Shown piece after piece: positions 46,002 to 56,152 of a stretch of 64,000 bases of DNA. Position 1 is the stretch's first letter, and the number at the start of each line of letters is the position of its first letter. The notes under the pieces were generated by a model. The model made no database searches and was not told the origin of the DNA. It worked only from the letters and a program-made list of their open reading frames with translations. The DNA is from Candidatus Poribacteria bacterium (GTDB taxonomy: Bacteria > Poribacteria > WGA-4E > WGA-3G): positions 3,103,637-3,167,636 of the forward strand of contig CBDHGE010000001.1 in the NCBI GenBank assembly GCA_965262955.1, read 5' to 3'. Position numbers and translations under genes: made by a program.

Positions 46002-48659
46002 ATGACATCAGATGAAATCAGAGCCAGTTTTCTTGAATACTTCCGTAAACACGGACACACAATTGTCCCGAGTGCGTCTTTGATACCCGCCGATGATCCG
46101 ACGTTATTGTTTACCAATGCCGGTATGAACCAATTCAAAGATGTGTTTCTCGGTATCGGACAACGTGAGTATACGCGCGCCGTTGATACGCAAAAATGTC
46201 TGCGTGTTAGCGGCAAACACAATGACCTTGAAGAAGTCGGTTACTCACCAAGCCATCATACCTTCTTTGAGATGCTCGGAAACTGGTCGTTCGGCGATTA
46301 TTACAAGCAGGAAGCTATCGCTTTTGCTTGGGAATTGGTGACCGAACTTTGGCAAATTCCCAAGGAACGCCTCTGGGCAACGGTATACCTTGAAGATGAC
46401 GAAGCGGAAAAATTCTGGTTGCAAGAAACCGATCTGCCACTCTCACGTATCCGTCGCTGTGATAAGGATAACTTTTGGGAAATGGGAGAGACGGGTCCCT
46501 GTGGTCCCTGTAGCGAACTCTTCGTTGACATGGGTGTGGAAGCCTTCCCCGAAACCGCAAATGACCCCGATGCTGGTCCTAACACCAGTGATCGGTTCCT
46601 AGAATTCTGGAATCTTGTATTCATTCAGTACAATCGGAACGAAAGCGGCACGCTTGAACCCCTTCCTGCAACGCATGTGGATACAGGCATGGGCTTCGAG
46701 CGGATTACCTCCATATTGCAAGGTGTCGACTCAAACTACAAGACGGATCTGTTCACGCCACTCTTAGCAACAATTGCCGATATGACAGACACCGCTTATT
46801 TTGATGATGACCGTGGATTACCGCATCGGGTTATTGCTGACCATATTAGATGTTTGACCTTCGCAATCGGGGATGGTGTAATGCCATCTAACGAGGGACG
46901 CGGCTATGTCATCCGTCGAATTTTACGACGTGCTGTGCTTTACGGCAAGAAATTGAATATGAACGAAGCCTTCATTTATCGGCTCGTTGATAATGTCGTC
47001 GAATTGCTCGGTGATGTTTTCCCTGATGTTTTGCCGCGCCATGAATTTATTACCCGAACGATTCAAGGTGAGGAGCATCGCTTCCATCAAACGATTGAAC
47101 GCGGTTTAGAACTCCTTGATTATTCATTTGATACCCTCACAGAGAAAAACGATACCCAACTCGATGGAAAGCGCGCCTTTGAGTTGTATGATACGTTCGG
47201 TTTCCCCCTTGATTTGACCCAGATGCTCGCACGTGAACGTGGATTTACTGTTGATGGTGCTGGCTTTGAGCACAGTATGGAAGAGCAACGGGCGCGTGGA
47301 CGGGCCGCGTGGGAGGCAAAAGGCGGCGCAAAAGATGAAGAAATCGCTGTTTACGCCGAAATCCTTAAAGAACATGGAGAAACTGAATTTGTCGGTTACG
47401 CACAAGACAATGTTGAGTCTGAAATTGTCGCTTTAATTGCCGATTCTGAGTCAGTAGCCAGCGCGCAAGAGGGGGACGAGGTATTTGTCCTTCTAAATCG
47501 TACACCCTTTTATGGTGAGTCTGGTGGGCAGGTCGGCGATGTCGGCACAATTGAAAACCAAAGCGCAAAGTTAAGAGTACAAGACACGCTTAAACCTTCC
47601 GCCGATTTGGTTGTCCATAGGTGTAAAGTGCTTGAAGGTGAAATTACACCATACACCGCTGTGCATGCACAGATTGATACCGGGCACCGAAGTGCTGTTG
47701 CTGTCAGCCACACCGCGACGCATATCCTGCACAGTGGACTGCGACGTGTGCTCGGAACACATGTCGGTCAAGCCGGATCCCTTGTTGAAGCCGGTAGACT
47801 CAGATTTGACTTTTCACACTACGAATCTGTTTCGTCGGAACAACTGCGCGACATTGAGGGATTTATCAACGAGAAAATTCGTGGAAATGATTCTCTCGCT
47901 ATAAGTGAAATGCCTTTAGATGAGGCAAAAGCGAAAGGGGCTTTAGCCTTCTTTGGCGACAAATACGGTGATATCGTGCGTGTTGTACAAACCGGAGAGT
48001 ATAGTGTTGAATTGTGCGGTGGCACGCATGTTGATGCAACTGGTGAACTCGGTTTCGTGAAACTGATGGGTGAGAGCAGCATTGCTGCTGGGGTCAGACG
48101 TGTTGAAGCATTGACAGGTATAGCAGCAGTAGCAGATGTCCAAGGTGATACTGCTCTGCTTGCCGATGTAGCGAATTTGCTGAAGACGCCCAAGACCGAT
48201 GTCTCTGAACGGATTCGACGGTTGTTACAAGAGCAACGGGAATTGGAACAGCAACTCCAACAACTGAAAGGACAGCAGGCACTTGCTAATGTCAGTACGT
48301 TAGTCGAAGGCGCAACGGTAATAGAAGATGTGCGGGTTGTCGCTTCTGTCGTGCCGGACACAGATAGAAATGGATTGCGGAAGCTCGTTGACGAACTCAA
48401 AAACCGCTTAGAGTCTGGCGTTGTCGCACTCGCCTCTGTTACAGGGGACGGGATAGCATTTGTAGTCGGCGTAACCTCCGACTTAGTGAAGAATCGCGGT
48501 TTGCACGCAGGTAAAATCATCTCTGAATTGACCCAATTGGCGGATGGTCGCGGTGGCGGGCGCCCTGAACTTGCACAAGGGGGCGGTAAGAATCCAAGCA
48601 AAGTGAATGCTGCGATTGACGCAGCGACTGAAATCGTCAAAAAACAAATTGAAGTTTGA
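46002..48659 (+). CDS. alaS: Alanine--tRNA ligase
   Basis: MTSDEIRASFLEYFRKHGHTIVPSASLIP...FTNAGMNQFK (class II motifs), editing-domain HxxxH/CxxxH, C-terminal DHHA1 region. 885 aa. Confidence 0.95.
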   Translation: MTSDEIRASFLEYFRKHGHTIVPSASLIPADDPTLLFTNAGMNQFKDVFLGIGQREYTRAVDTQKCLRVSGKHNDLEEVGYSPSHHTFFEMLGNWSFGDYYKQEAIAFAWELVTELWQIPKERLWATVYLEDDEAEKFWLQETDLPLSRIRRCDKDNFWEMGETGPCGPCSELFVDMGVEAFPETANDPDAGPNTSDRFLEFWNLVFIQYNRNESGTLEPLPATHVDTGMGFERITSILQGVDSNYKTDLFTPLLATIADMTDTAYFDDDRGLPHRVIADHIRCLTFAIGDGVMPSNEGRGYVIRRILRRAVLYGKKLNMNEAFIYRLVDNVVELLGDVFPDVLPRHEFITRTIQGEEHRFHQTIERGLELLDYSFDTLTEKNDTQLDGKRAFELYDTFGFPLDLTQMLARERGFTVDGAGFEHSMEEQRARGRAAWEAKGGAKDEEIAVYAEILKEHGETEFVGYAQDNVESEIVALIADSESVASAQEGDEVFVLLNRTPFYGESGGQVGDVGTIENQSAKLRVQDTLKPSADLVVHRCKVLEGEITPYTAVHAQIDTGHRSAVAVSHTATHILHSGLRRVLGTHVGQAGSLVEAGRLRFDFSHYESVSSEQLRDIEGFINEKIRGNDSLAISEMPLDEAKAKGALAFFGDKYGDIVRVVQTGEYSVELCGGTHVDATGELGFVKLMGESSIAAGVRRVEALTGIAAVADVQGDTALLADVANLLKTPKTDVSERIRRLLQEQRELEQQLQQLKGQQALANVSTLVEGATVIEDVRVVASVVPDTDRNGLRKLVDELKNRLESGVVALASVTGDGIAFVVGVTSDLVKNRGLHAGKIISELTQLADGRGGGRPELAQGGGKNPSKVNAAIDAATEIVKKQIEV

Positions 48660-48729
48660 GCTTGTAGGCACCACACCTCTTTAGCAGATATGAGAGGAAA
48701 ATGTGGTCAATATACACGAAGGAGAAATT

Positions 48730-49299
48730 ATGGATTGGAGTTTTATTGCTTCAATTTTCTGGAAATTTAGTCTTGGTATTTTGCTACTCGCACTTACGGC
48801 ACTCGCTGGTTATTTATGTGCGGCAGTTGGAAGTCTTCGCAATTCGTTGAATAGCATCCGAAACACGTTAAATTCTACCGAAAGTATCGTCAATCAGGAA
48901 CTTGGTGACTTGATAGGTGATGTGGATAAGACTGTGAAAGAGGTAAACAAAGAATTACCCGAATTGCTACAGAACCTAAACGGTTTGACGGCTTCCTTGC
49001 AGGGGATTAGCGAGGCTGAAATTCAACCCACTGTGCATAATATTCAAGAAATGAGCGGTGCCTTGAATCAAAGTATTCAAGAACTTGAGGGACTGGTTCA
49101 AAAGGTAACGAGTTTTTCTGGGCAGACGATTGAACAAGCAGCTTTTTTCCGTAATCAGTTGGCTGTTTCATTGGCGGATATTGTAAGCGTGTGGCAAGGT
49201 GTTAAGGCGGGATGGGACAGTTTTACTGCTACTCGATCGCCTGAACCAGAGGAACCGAAAGAAGAAACAGGGGCGTCTGAAGGATCAAGTGATGACTAA
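48730..49299 (+). CDS. DUF948-like membrane-anchored coiled-coil protein
   Basis: N-terminal TM (FSLGILLLALTALAGYLCAAV), then coiled-coil. AAGGAG RBS 7 nt before ATG 48730. Confidence 0.5.
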   Translation: MDWSFIASIFWKFSLGILLLALTALAGYLCAAVGSLRNSLNSIRNTLNSTESIVNQELGDLIGDVDKTVKEVNKELPELLQNLNGLTASLQGISEAEIQPTVHNIQEMSGALNQSIQELEGLVQKVTSFSGQTIEQAAFFRNQLAVSLADIVSVWQGVKAGWDSFTATRSPEPEEPKEETGASEGSSDD

Positions 49300-49504
49300 T
49301 AGAATGAAGTTCGAGGGTCGCCATATTAAATCCACATGGTGTTTGCATTGTAATAGAAGTGTTATGAGAAAATAATTGCACTGAGAGAAGAAGAAATATC
49401 AAAATTGAAACCTTTTCTGTTGATTCTCGTAAACTTTAACGCCATGTTTTAGGTTATATATGGCACCAGAACAGAATTAATTATTTAATAGAAAGGATAG
49501 AAAA

Positions 49505-49915
49505 ATGAGCAACGATGGACAGAACAACGGATTGGGAATGATTTTCGCCTTTTTCACGGGTTTTATGGCAGGCGCAGTTATCAGTCTGCTCTACGCACCG
49601 AGTTCCGGTAAGGAAACCCGACAGAAAATTCGCGATAAATCCATTGAGGCAAAAGACCGGACGGTTGAATTCGCACATCAGACCTCTGATAGCGCGCGGC
49701 GCAGTGCTCAACACCTTATGGAACAAGGTAGAGAGAGCGTCCAAGGCATCGTAGATAGTGGTAAAGGACATCTCCAAGAAGCAGGTGAACAGGTGAAGGG
49801 TGCTGTGGAAGCCGGACGTAAAGTTTCCGCAGATGTTCGCGCTAAGATCACTGGTTCCATTCCGGGTGTCGGCGACCCAGAGAGTGCCGATAATGAGGCT
49901 GCCGAAGAAGCCTAA
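49505..49915 (+). CDS. YtxH-like small membrane-anchored protein
   Basis: GMIFAFFTGFMAGAVISLLYAPSSGKETRQKIRDK (YtxH signature region). Confidence 0.5.
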   Translation: MSNDGQNNGLGMIFAFFTGFMAGAVISLLYAPSSGKETRQKIRDKSIEAKDRTVEFAHQTSDSARRSAQHLMEQGRESVQGIVDSGKGHLQEAGEQVKGAVEAGRKVSADVRAKITGSIPGVGDPESADNEAAEEA

Positions 49916-50009
49916 GCGTTTTTTACACTATAGAGTGAGCGGGCGTCAAGCCCGCTCCTCTGGTTACAGGGGCACTTAGTTTTCCAGTAGGACGATCTCT
50001 GAATCCTGA

Positions 50010-50066
50010 CTTCTTTCTGTAGGAGCGAGTGTTTTTGCTTGGGTGTTTCCCCATGCTCGCGACTTT
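50010..50066 (+). repeat. Interspersed repeat family B, copy 2
   Basis: ttctttctgtaggagcgagtgtttttgcttgggtgtttccccatgctcgcgactttt. Confidence 0.55.
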
Positions 50067-50169
50067 TGGACCAGAATAGCGAAAAAAAACGAAAACTGAA
50101 TAGCCCTACTCTGCTTACAGGCGCAGCGGATTTTGGATAGATTATAGGGAAACTTCTATTGTTAAATAA

Positions 50170-50919
50170 ATGGAAATCGAAAAATTAAAAGTCCTACTTG
50201 AACAGGTTAAAAATGGGCAGGTTGATGTAGAAGACGCCCTACAGTCTCTCCGTACGCTTCCGTTTGAAGATTTAGGGTTTTCAAAAATTGATCACCATCG
50301 TCAACTTCGCACGGGATTTCCTGAAGTCATTTTCTGTGAAGGAAAGACGGTGGCACATATGAAGCAGATTAGCGAGCGTATCCTCGCGGCAGGACATCCA
50401 CTTCTTGCAACTCGTGCTACCCCAGACATGTATGAAGCCGTAAAGGAAATTGAGCCTACTGCGCGCTATAACGCCCTTGGACGAACTATAACCGTCGCAC
50501 AGTCTGAAGATGCAGGTGTTTCAGGGATCCTCGTTGTTTCTGCAGGGACATCCGACTTGCCCGTAGCAGAGGAAGCTGCTGAAACCGCGCAGATAATGGG
50601 AAACCAACCAGAACGCCTTTATGATGTCGGCGTTGCAGGGTTACATCGCTTAATAGGCAATCATGAAAAACTTCTGACTGCCCGCGTTATTATCGTCGTT
50701 GCGGGTATGGAGGGAGCACTGCCAAGCGTAGTCGGTGGATTGGTTAATTGCCCCGTCATTGCAGTGCCAACGAGCATTGGTTATGGCGCAAGTTTTGGTG
50801 GTCTTGCTGCACTATTAGGCATGCTAAATAGTTGTGCATCTGGCGTCACTGTTGTGAACATTGACAACGGTTTCGGTGCCGGTTATAGCGCGTCGCTCAT
50901 CAATCAACTCACAACGTAA
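50170..50919 (+). CDS. larB: LarB (PurE-like pyridinium-3,5-biscarboxylic acid mononucleotide synthase, nickel-pincer cofactor pathway)
   Basis: N-terminal helical domain ([18 protein letters not shown]), PurE-like fold ([17 protein letters not shown]...[18 protein letters not shown]). Confidence 0.75.
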   Translation: MEIEKLKVLLEQVKNGQVDVEDALQSLRTLPFEDLGFSKIDHHRQLRTGFPEVIFCEGKTVAHMKQISERILAAGHPLLATRATPDMYEAVKEIEPTARYNALGRTITVAQSEDAGVSGILVVSAGTSDLPVAEEAAETAQIMGNQPERLYDVGVAGLHRLIGNHEKLLTARVIIVVAGMEGALPSVVGGLVNCPVIAVPTSIGYGASFGGLAALLGMLNSCASGVTVVNIDNGFGAGYSASLINQLTT

Positions 50920-50941
50920 CTTGAAGTTTCCGTATCAAATC

Positions 50942-51550
50942 CTATCCCGTTTCCTCACCTCTAATTTTCAGTACAGCAGTTGCACTTGCCCCTTTTGATC
51001 CACCCTGTGAACCGAAACCTGCTTTAGAGAAATAGTGATCAGCCTTTACTTGGACGGCACTGGCGTTGATACTGAGAGTGACAACATCGTTTCCAATTTT
51101 GCATCGGATTTGGTATGGGATTGATTTAGTTTTGATTTCTCCATAGGAACGCTGTCGCCATACTACACCGGAAATTTCGGCGTAAGTTGTGAGCGCGGTT
51201 ACCACCGCTTCTTCGACATTGTTGCTGGTGTTGAGAACATGTTGAGCGGCTTGTGCAGCATTATTTGCAGCATGCTCCAAACGTTCCTGCACAGTTTTTG
51301 CTTCCATCTGTTCTGTTTTATCGTCGGTACTACTTTTTCGCAACGCAACATAGATTATTGCACCCACAACACCAACAAAAGCGATAGTGCTGAGGATAAC
51401 GGTCCGTCTGAGTTCACGCCGACGCGTCATGTTTTCAAAGTCTTCACGATGGTGTGGATAAAAAGCGTCGTGTGCGGAGATCGGTGTGCTCCAATATAGT
51501 ATACCAGTAAGTAACAGTAGTGCTGCAAAAAGGAGAAGGAATCGAAACAT
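50942..51550 (-). CDS. Hypothetical membrane-anchored protein
   Basis: MFRFLLLFAALLLLTGILYW N-terminal TM, second TM, then soluble domain. Start moved to 51550. No family recognised. Confidence 0.4.
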   Translation of the reverse strand: MFRFLLLFAALLLLTGILYWSTPISAHDAFYPHHREDFENMTRRRELRRTVILSTIAFVGVVGAIIYVALRKSSTDDKTEQMEAKTVQERLEHAANNAAQAAQHVLNTSNNVEEAVVTALTTYAEISGVVWRQRSYGEIKTKSIPYQIRCKIGNDVVTLSINASAVQVKADHYFSKAGFGSQGGSKGASATAVLKIRGEETG

Positions 51551-51779
51551 CGGTTTGTGCCTACCTTTCCAGCTATTGTAGCAGCAAGACCCTGAAGCGT
51601 CAATCCTATATAATCTGGATACAGTTCTGTGTCTAATTGAAAGATTTACGGTTGGAGTCTTCATCTCGAAAGAGGAACCTGGAAATGAGACACCTATGAG
51701 TTGCATGAATGAAAAATTTGACTTTAAATTGTAAATTTGGTACAATAGACAAGTAGATACAAATTAAGGAGGCAGAGAG

Positions 51780-52457
51780 TTGCAGCAGAGAACACCAATT
51801 GAAGAACAGATTGATCTCCCTTTTCTCGAATCGCTACGGATTAGTTTTCAAAGTTTGAAAATCCGTTTTGGACGTTCGATTATCACGACCGCTGGCATTA
51901 CACTGGGCATTGCATTTTTAGTTTCAGTATGGACGAATAACGAAATCGGGCTTGCCTTACAGGAGAGTGGACGGCAATCGACAATTAACACTTTTGAAGA
52001 GACAACAGAAAAAGGCATTTCCACGAAAGATATTTGGCTGATTGTTATGTCCTTGATTGTCTGTGTGGTAGGAATTGCAAATTCGATGTTAATGGCGGTC
52101 ACGGAACGCTTTCGCGAAATCGGTACAATGAAATGTCTCGGCGCGTTAGATGGATTCGTTGTTCGACTATTTCTCCTTGAATCTGGGTTCCAAGGGTTTT
52201 CCGGTGCCCTTATCGGCGCACTTATTGGAACATTGGGAGCAGTTCTCTTGGGGCTTAAGGACTATGGATTAGATCTGTTTTTCTATTTCCCTTTGCTACC
52301 AGCACAGCCTGAGGACGGACCTATGCAACTTGGTGTAATAGTTGTTATCTTGTTAGGATGTTTTCTCGGTATGGTTTTGGCTGTGATTGGCTCCTCGTTC
52401 CCGGCATGGCGCGCAGCAAAACTTCCACCTGCTGAGGCAATGCGGACAGAGGTATAG
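51780..52457 (+). CDS. FtsX-like ABC transporter permease (4-TM, MacB/LolC-type C-terminal domain only)
   Basis: TM1 then FtsX block MLMAVTERFREIGTMKCLGA, 3 further TMs, C-terminal WRAAKLPPAEAMR. Confidence 0.7.
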   Translation: MQQRTPIEEQIDLPFLESLRISFQSLKIRFGRSIITTAGITLGIAFLVSVWTNNEIGLALQESGRQSTINTFEETTEKGISTKDIWLIVMSLIVCVVGIANSMLMAVTERFREIGTMKCLGALDGFVVRLFLLESGFQGFSGALIGALIGTLGAVLLGLKDYGLDLFFYFPLLPAQPEDGPMQLGVIVVILLGCFLGMVLAVIGSSFPAWRAAKLPPAEAMRTEV

Positions 52458-52552
52458 GTCAATTACTCGCTTCTTGTAAGCTGCATAAAGAAGACCGGGT
52501 CTCGAATCTACAATCCCACTGGAGAAGAAAAATTGGGAAAAAGGAATAGGTT

Positions 52553-53281
52553 ATGGCTGATATCGTTGTGAAAACTGAGGATGTCGTGAAAGAATATCGG
52601 ATGGGTTCAAACGTCCTCCGTGCCTTGGATGGCATCAATATTGAGATTGAACGCGGGGAGTACATCTCGTTGATGGGACCATCCGGTTCTGGCAAATCTA
52701 CGCTCTTTAATATGATTGGCGCGCTCGATACCCCTACGGAAGGACAAGTTTATATTGACGGACAGAATATGTCTCAACTTTCCCAGAGACAGATTGCAGC
52801 GTTCCGGTGCCACCGGGTGGGTTATATTTTTCAGAGTTACAACCTATTACCTGTCCGAAGCGCACATGGAAATGTAACCCTACCGATGATTTTTGCCGGT
52901 CTCCCTGAAAAAGCACGCAATGAGAAAGCGGAACAGCTGCTGGATATGGTAGGCTTGGGGGATCGGATGTATCACCTTCCTGATGAACTGTCGGGTGGTC
53001 AACGACAACGCGTCGCTATCGCCAGAGCTCTCGCCAATGACCCAAGTATTGTCCTCGCCGATGAACCGACGGCGAATCTTGATACCGTTATAGGGCGTGA
53101 AATTATTGACTTGATTAAACAGTTAAATGAGGATCAGGGCGTTACTGTAATTTCTGCCACACACGACCTGAAGATGCTTGACGTCTCTGACAGGATTGTA
53201 GACATCCGAGATGGACTCGTTGAACGTATTAGAAGCCGAGACGAGATTGAAATCGAAGTCGGCGAAGTTGGTGGTCATTGA
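52553..53281 (+). CDS. ABC transporter ATP-binding protein (MacB/LolD-type)
   Basis: GPSGSGKST, LSGGQRQRVAIARAL, VLADEPTANLD. Confidence 0.9.
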   Translation: MADIVVKTEDVVKEYRMGSNVLRALDGINIEIERGEYISLMGPSGSGKSTLFNMIGALDTPTEGQVYIDGQNMSQLSQRQIAAFRCHRVGYIFQSYNLLPVRSAHGNVTLPMIFAGLPEKARNEKAEQLLDMVGLGDRMYHLPDELSGGQRQRVAIARALANDPSIVLADEPTANLDTVIGREIIDLIKQLNEDQGVTVISATHDLKMLDVSDRIVDIRDGLVERIRSRDEIEIEVGEVGGH

Positions 53282-53296
53282 TCGGCTCCACGATTC

Positions 53297-54322
53297 CTAA
53301 GACGAGATCTCAGATAGGCGGACTGGGCGGTTTTCACGAAGCGACTTTAGCGCAGCCAATCCCATCACAACAGGCACGCGTCCGTCCTCACCCGTAACTG
53401 ACGGTGGTGTATCCTCTTGAATGCACGCAAAAAACGCTTGTAATTCCGAAAGATATGCTGGCTTATAGCGTTCCACAAAAAAGTACGGCGGTAATCCAGC
53501 GCGAGTCTCCTTACTACCGCTGAAGGTCACAGTATCCATCAATGGATTTGCTACCGTAACCATTCCCTTTGAGCCAAATACCTCAACACGCTGATCGTAA
53601 CCGTAAATAGCCTCTCTACTGTTATCAATGGTTGCGATAACTCCATTTTTGAATCGTAAGGTGATAACGGCGGTATCAATGTCTCCTGCCTCGCCGATTT
53701 CTGGTTCTATCCGCACATCCCCGGTTGCATAAATCTCCACAACTTCATCCCCGATAAGATAGCGTGCCATATCAAAATCGTGAATAGTCATGTCAAGAAA
53801 AATGCCACCGGAGACCTTGATATATTCAATCGATGGTGGTGCTGGATCACGACTCGTAATTCGCAGGATGTGCGGTACACCAATCTCTCCAGAGGCAACT
53901 GCTTCGCGGACATGCATGAAACTGACATCAAACCTACGCTGAAAGCCTACCTGGAACTTAACCCCTGCCTTCTCCACAATAGCCAAAGTTTCATCAATCT
54001 GTTTCAAGTCTAACGCAATCGGTTTCTCACAAAAGATATGTTTACTGGCTTTCGCGGCCTCCTGGCTGATTTCCACATGCGTATCAGTAGCGGATGTAAT
54101 TAGTACGGCGTCAATTTGCGGATCGGCTAGTAGTTCAGTATAATCATCAGTGGTCTGTGGGACATTAAACTGTTTCGCGAGGCTATCCATACTTGGACGG
54201 TCCAGACTACAAAGTGCCACGAGATCGGCTGCCGGTGTCCCCTGAGCGAGATGTTCAATGTGCATTCTGCCGATACGTCCAGTTCCAATGACGCCTACCC
54301 GAATTTTAGGGGTTTTGTTCAT
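53297..54322 (-). CDS. Gfo/Idh/MocA-family oxidoreductase (inositol 2-dehydrogenase-like)
   Basis: IRVGVIGTGRIGRMH, EKPIAL. Confidence 0.85.
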   Translation of the reverse strand: MNKTPKIRVGVIGTGRIGRMHIEHLAQGTPAADLVALCSLDRPSMDSLAKQFNVPQTTDDYTELLADPQIDAVLITSATDTHVEISQEAAKASKHIFCEKPIALDLKQIDETLAIVEKAGVKFQVGFQRRFDVSFMHVREAVASGEIGVPHILRITSRDPAPPSIEYIKVSGGIFLDMTIHDFDMARYLIGDEVVEIYATGDVRIEPEIGEAGDIDTAVITLRFKNGVIATIDNSREAIYGYDQRVEVFGSKGMVTVANPLMDTVTFSGSKETRAGLPPYFFVERYKPAYLSELQAFFACIQEDTPPSVTGEDGRVPVVMGLAALKSLRENRPVRLSEISS

Positions 54323-54383
54323 TTAGGAGCTACTCCTCAGTCGCGTGTATGGTGTTGATTTCGATTTATTTCTTTTGGGAGTT

Positions 54384-54749
54384 CTATGTAGGTAGGTGTT
54401 TTTCTTTTAAGCTGAATTCAGCAGTAATCTTGCCTAAAGTGTTTCCTCTGCTCTGAGCCAGAGCCATGAGTGCTTCAATACGCTTCAGATTCCGTGCTTC
54501 CAGTTGACTCAATAATGTCTGATACTCTATCAGTTCATCTTCGCTTAAGATTTGATCTTCACACTTGCGCCACAGCTGCTGGTATCGCTGCTGTTCTTTT
54601 TTTGGCAATTGCGAATCTTCTTGGATAATCGCCAGCAGAGAGATTTCCTTATCCGTGCTGTGTTTTTGCATCCCTGCATGGTTAGGATCTTGTGAGTTAG
54701 TTTGTGCCATGAATTTTCCCCTTGAGTATACCAAGCAGATGTGAGACAA
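54384..54749 (-). CDS. Hypothetical protein
   Basis: ORF only. No family recognised. Confidence 0.3.
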   Translation of the reverse strand: MSHICLVYSRGKFMAQTNSQDPNHAGMQKHSTDKEISLLAIIQEDSQLPKKEQQRYQQLWRKCEDQILSEDELIEYQTLLSQLEARNLKRIEALMALAQSRGNTLGKITAEFSLKEKHLPT

Positions 54750-54944
54750 GAATGTTTGTTAAATACCTAATATGTGTCTGAGTGACGGATTGTGTGCTTT
54801 GGTGTCTGCAATCATTAAATTCAGTATAGCGTAGCAAGCAGCCTGATGTCAAATTAAAAAGAAACCATATTGTTAATGTTTATGCCTATTGACCCAAATA
54901 AAGAATAGGATAAATTCTATTGTCTATGACCTATAACTTAAAAT

Positions 54945-54973
54945 TTGGCACAAAACATCAACTGTGCTATGAT
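54945..54973 (+). promoter_or_regulatory. Putative sigma70 promoter for the M42 peptidase (TTGGCA, 17 nt, extended -10 TGcTATGAT)
   Basis: ttggcacaaaacatcaactgtgctatgat read directly, 40 nt upstream of ATG 55013. Confidence 0.4.
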
Positions 54974-55012
54974 GTCTCTAAATTATAGCACAATTGCCGA
55001 AGGAACGCAATA

Positions 55013-56086
55013 ATGGATGAAACATCAATTGAACTACTTGAATCACTGACACAGGCAGATGGAATCCCGGGACATGAAGCTGAGGTGCGGGAGATCTTTC
55101 GTGATAGACTCTCAGGTGTTGGTACAATAGGAACCGACAGACTCGGTAGTATTTTCTGTACGCGTACTGGCAGTGCGGAACATCCGCGGATCTTACTCGA
55201 TTCACATCTGGACGAAGTCGGTTTTATCGTGCAAAATGTGACCGATGATGGCTATGTCAAATTCCTACCTGTGGGTGGCTGGTGGGCACATACGCTGTTA
55301 GCACAACGTGTTACGATCACAACAAAGTTGGGAAAAGTTCCCGGAGTCATTGGCTCTACCCCACCGCATCTGCTTAGTGCTGGTGCCCGCGATAAAGTTG
55401 TGGACATGAAAGATCTCTTTATTGATGTAGGTGCGGAGAGTCAGGAACAAGCGATGGAAGAATTTGGTGTGCTCCCGGGGTGTCCAATCGCGCCGTATGG
55501 TCCGTTTCTGTCGTTGAAAAATAGTAAATTGTTTTCCGCGAAAGCGTTTGATAACCGTGTCGGTGTTGCGATTGTAATTGAGACACTCCTGGAGCTTAAA
55601 GAGCATCCGAATACCGTTATCAGTGCGGGCAGTGTTCAGGAAGAGGTCGGTTTGAGGGGTGCGAGAACAGTCGCAGCAAGCGTCCAACCCGACATCGCAA
55701 TTGTGCTCGAAGGACCGCCTGCAGATGATACACCCGGATTAGGCGGCGGTGCGTCCCAAGGTAAACTCGGCGGTGGCGTACAGATTCGGTTATATGATCC
55801 CTCCATGATTGTCAATCCAAAATTAGGAGAATTTGTAATTGAAACCGCGAAGCGGCATCAGGTCCCATATCAAATTGCTGTTCGTCAGTCTGGCGGGACC
55901 GATGGTGGTTCGATTCATCAAGTTAACACCGGTGTGCCCTCAATCGTGCTCGGCGTGCCAGCGCGTTATGTTCATAGCCACGTTTCGATTATCAACACTG
56001 AGGACTACACGGCAACGTTGGAATTGGTTAAGCATCTCGTACTTGAGATTGACGCGTCTGTTTTGGAAGGATTTTTGTTCGGTTAG
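55013..56086 (+). CDS. M42-family metallo-aminopeptidase (FrvX/CelM-like)
   Basis: IPGHEAEVREIF, DSHLDEVG, FDNRVGVA, EEVGLRGA metal-site blocks. Confidence 0.8.
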   Translation: MDETSIELLESLTQADGIPGHEAEVREIFRDRLSGVGTIGTDRLGSIFCTRTGSAEHPRILLDSHLDEVGFIVQNVTDDGYVKFLPVGGWWAHTLLAQRVTITTKLGKVPGVIGSTPPHLLSAGARDKVVDMKDLFIDVGAESQEQAMEEFGVLPGCPIAPYGPFLSLKNSKLFSAKAFDNRVGVAIVIETLLELKEHPNTVISAGSVQEEVGLRGARTVAASVQPDIAIVLEGPPADDTPGLGGGASQGKLGGGVQIRLYDPSMIVNPKLGEFVIETAKRHQVPYQIAVRQSGGTDGGSIHQVNTGVPSIVLGVPARYVHSHVSIINTEDYTATLELVKHLVLEIDASVLEGFLFG

Positions 56087-56152
56087 ACACACAGTTCGTT
56101 TTGCTGTAGAACGCTTTGGAGTCATGTGTTTCACTTCATTGGAGGATAGGCA

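Noticed and set aside
47819-48676. 285-aa minus-strand ORF
   Set aside because: Antisense to alaS, low-complexity Ser/Ala/Thr composition; shadow ORF.
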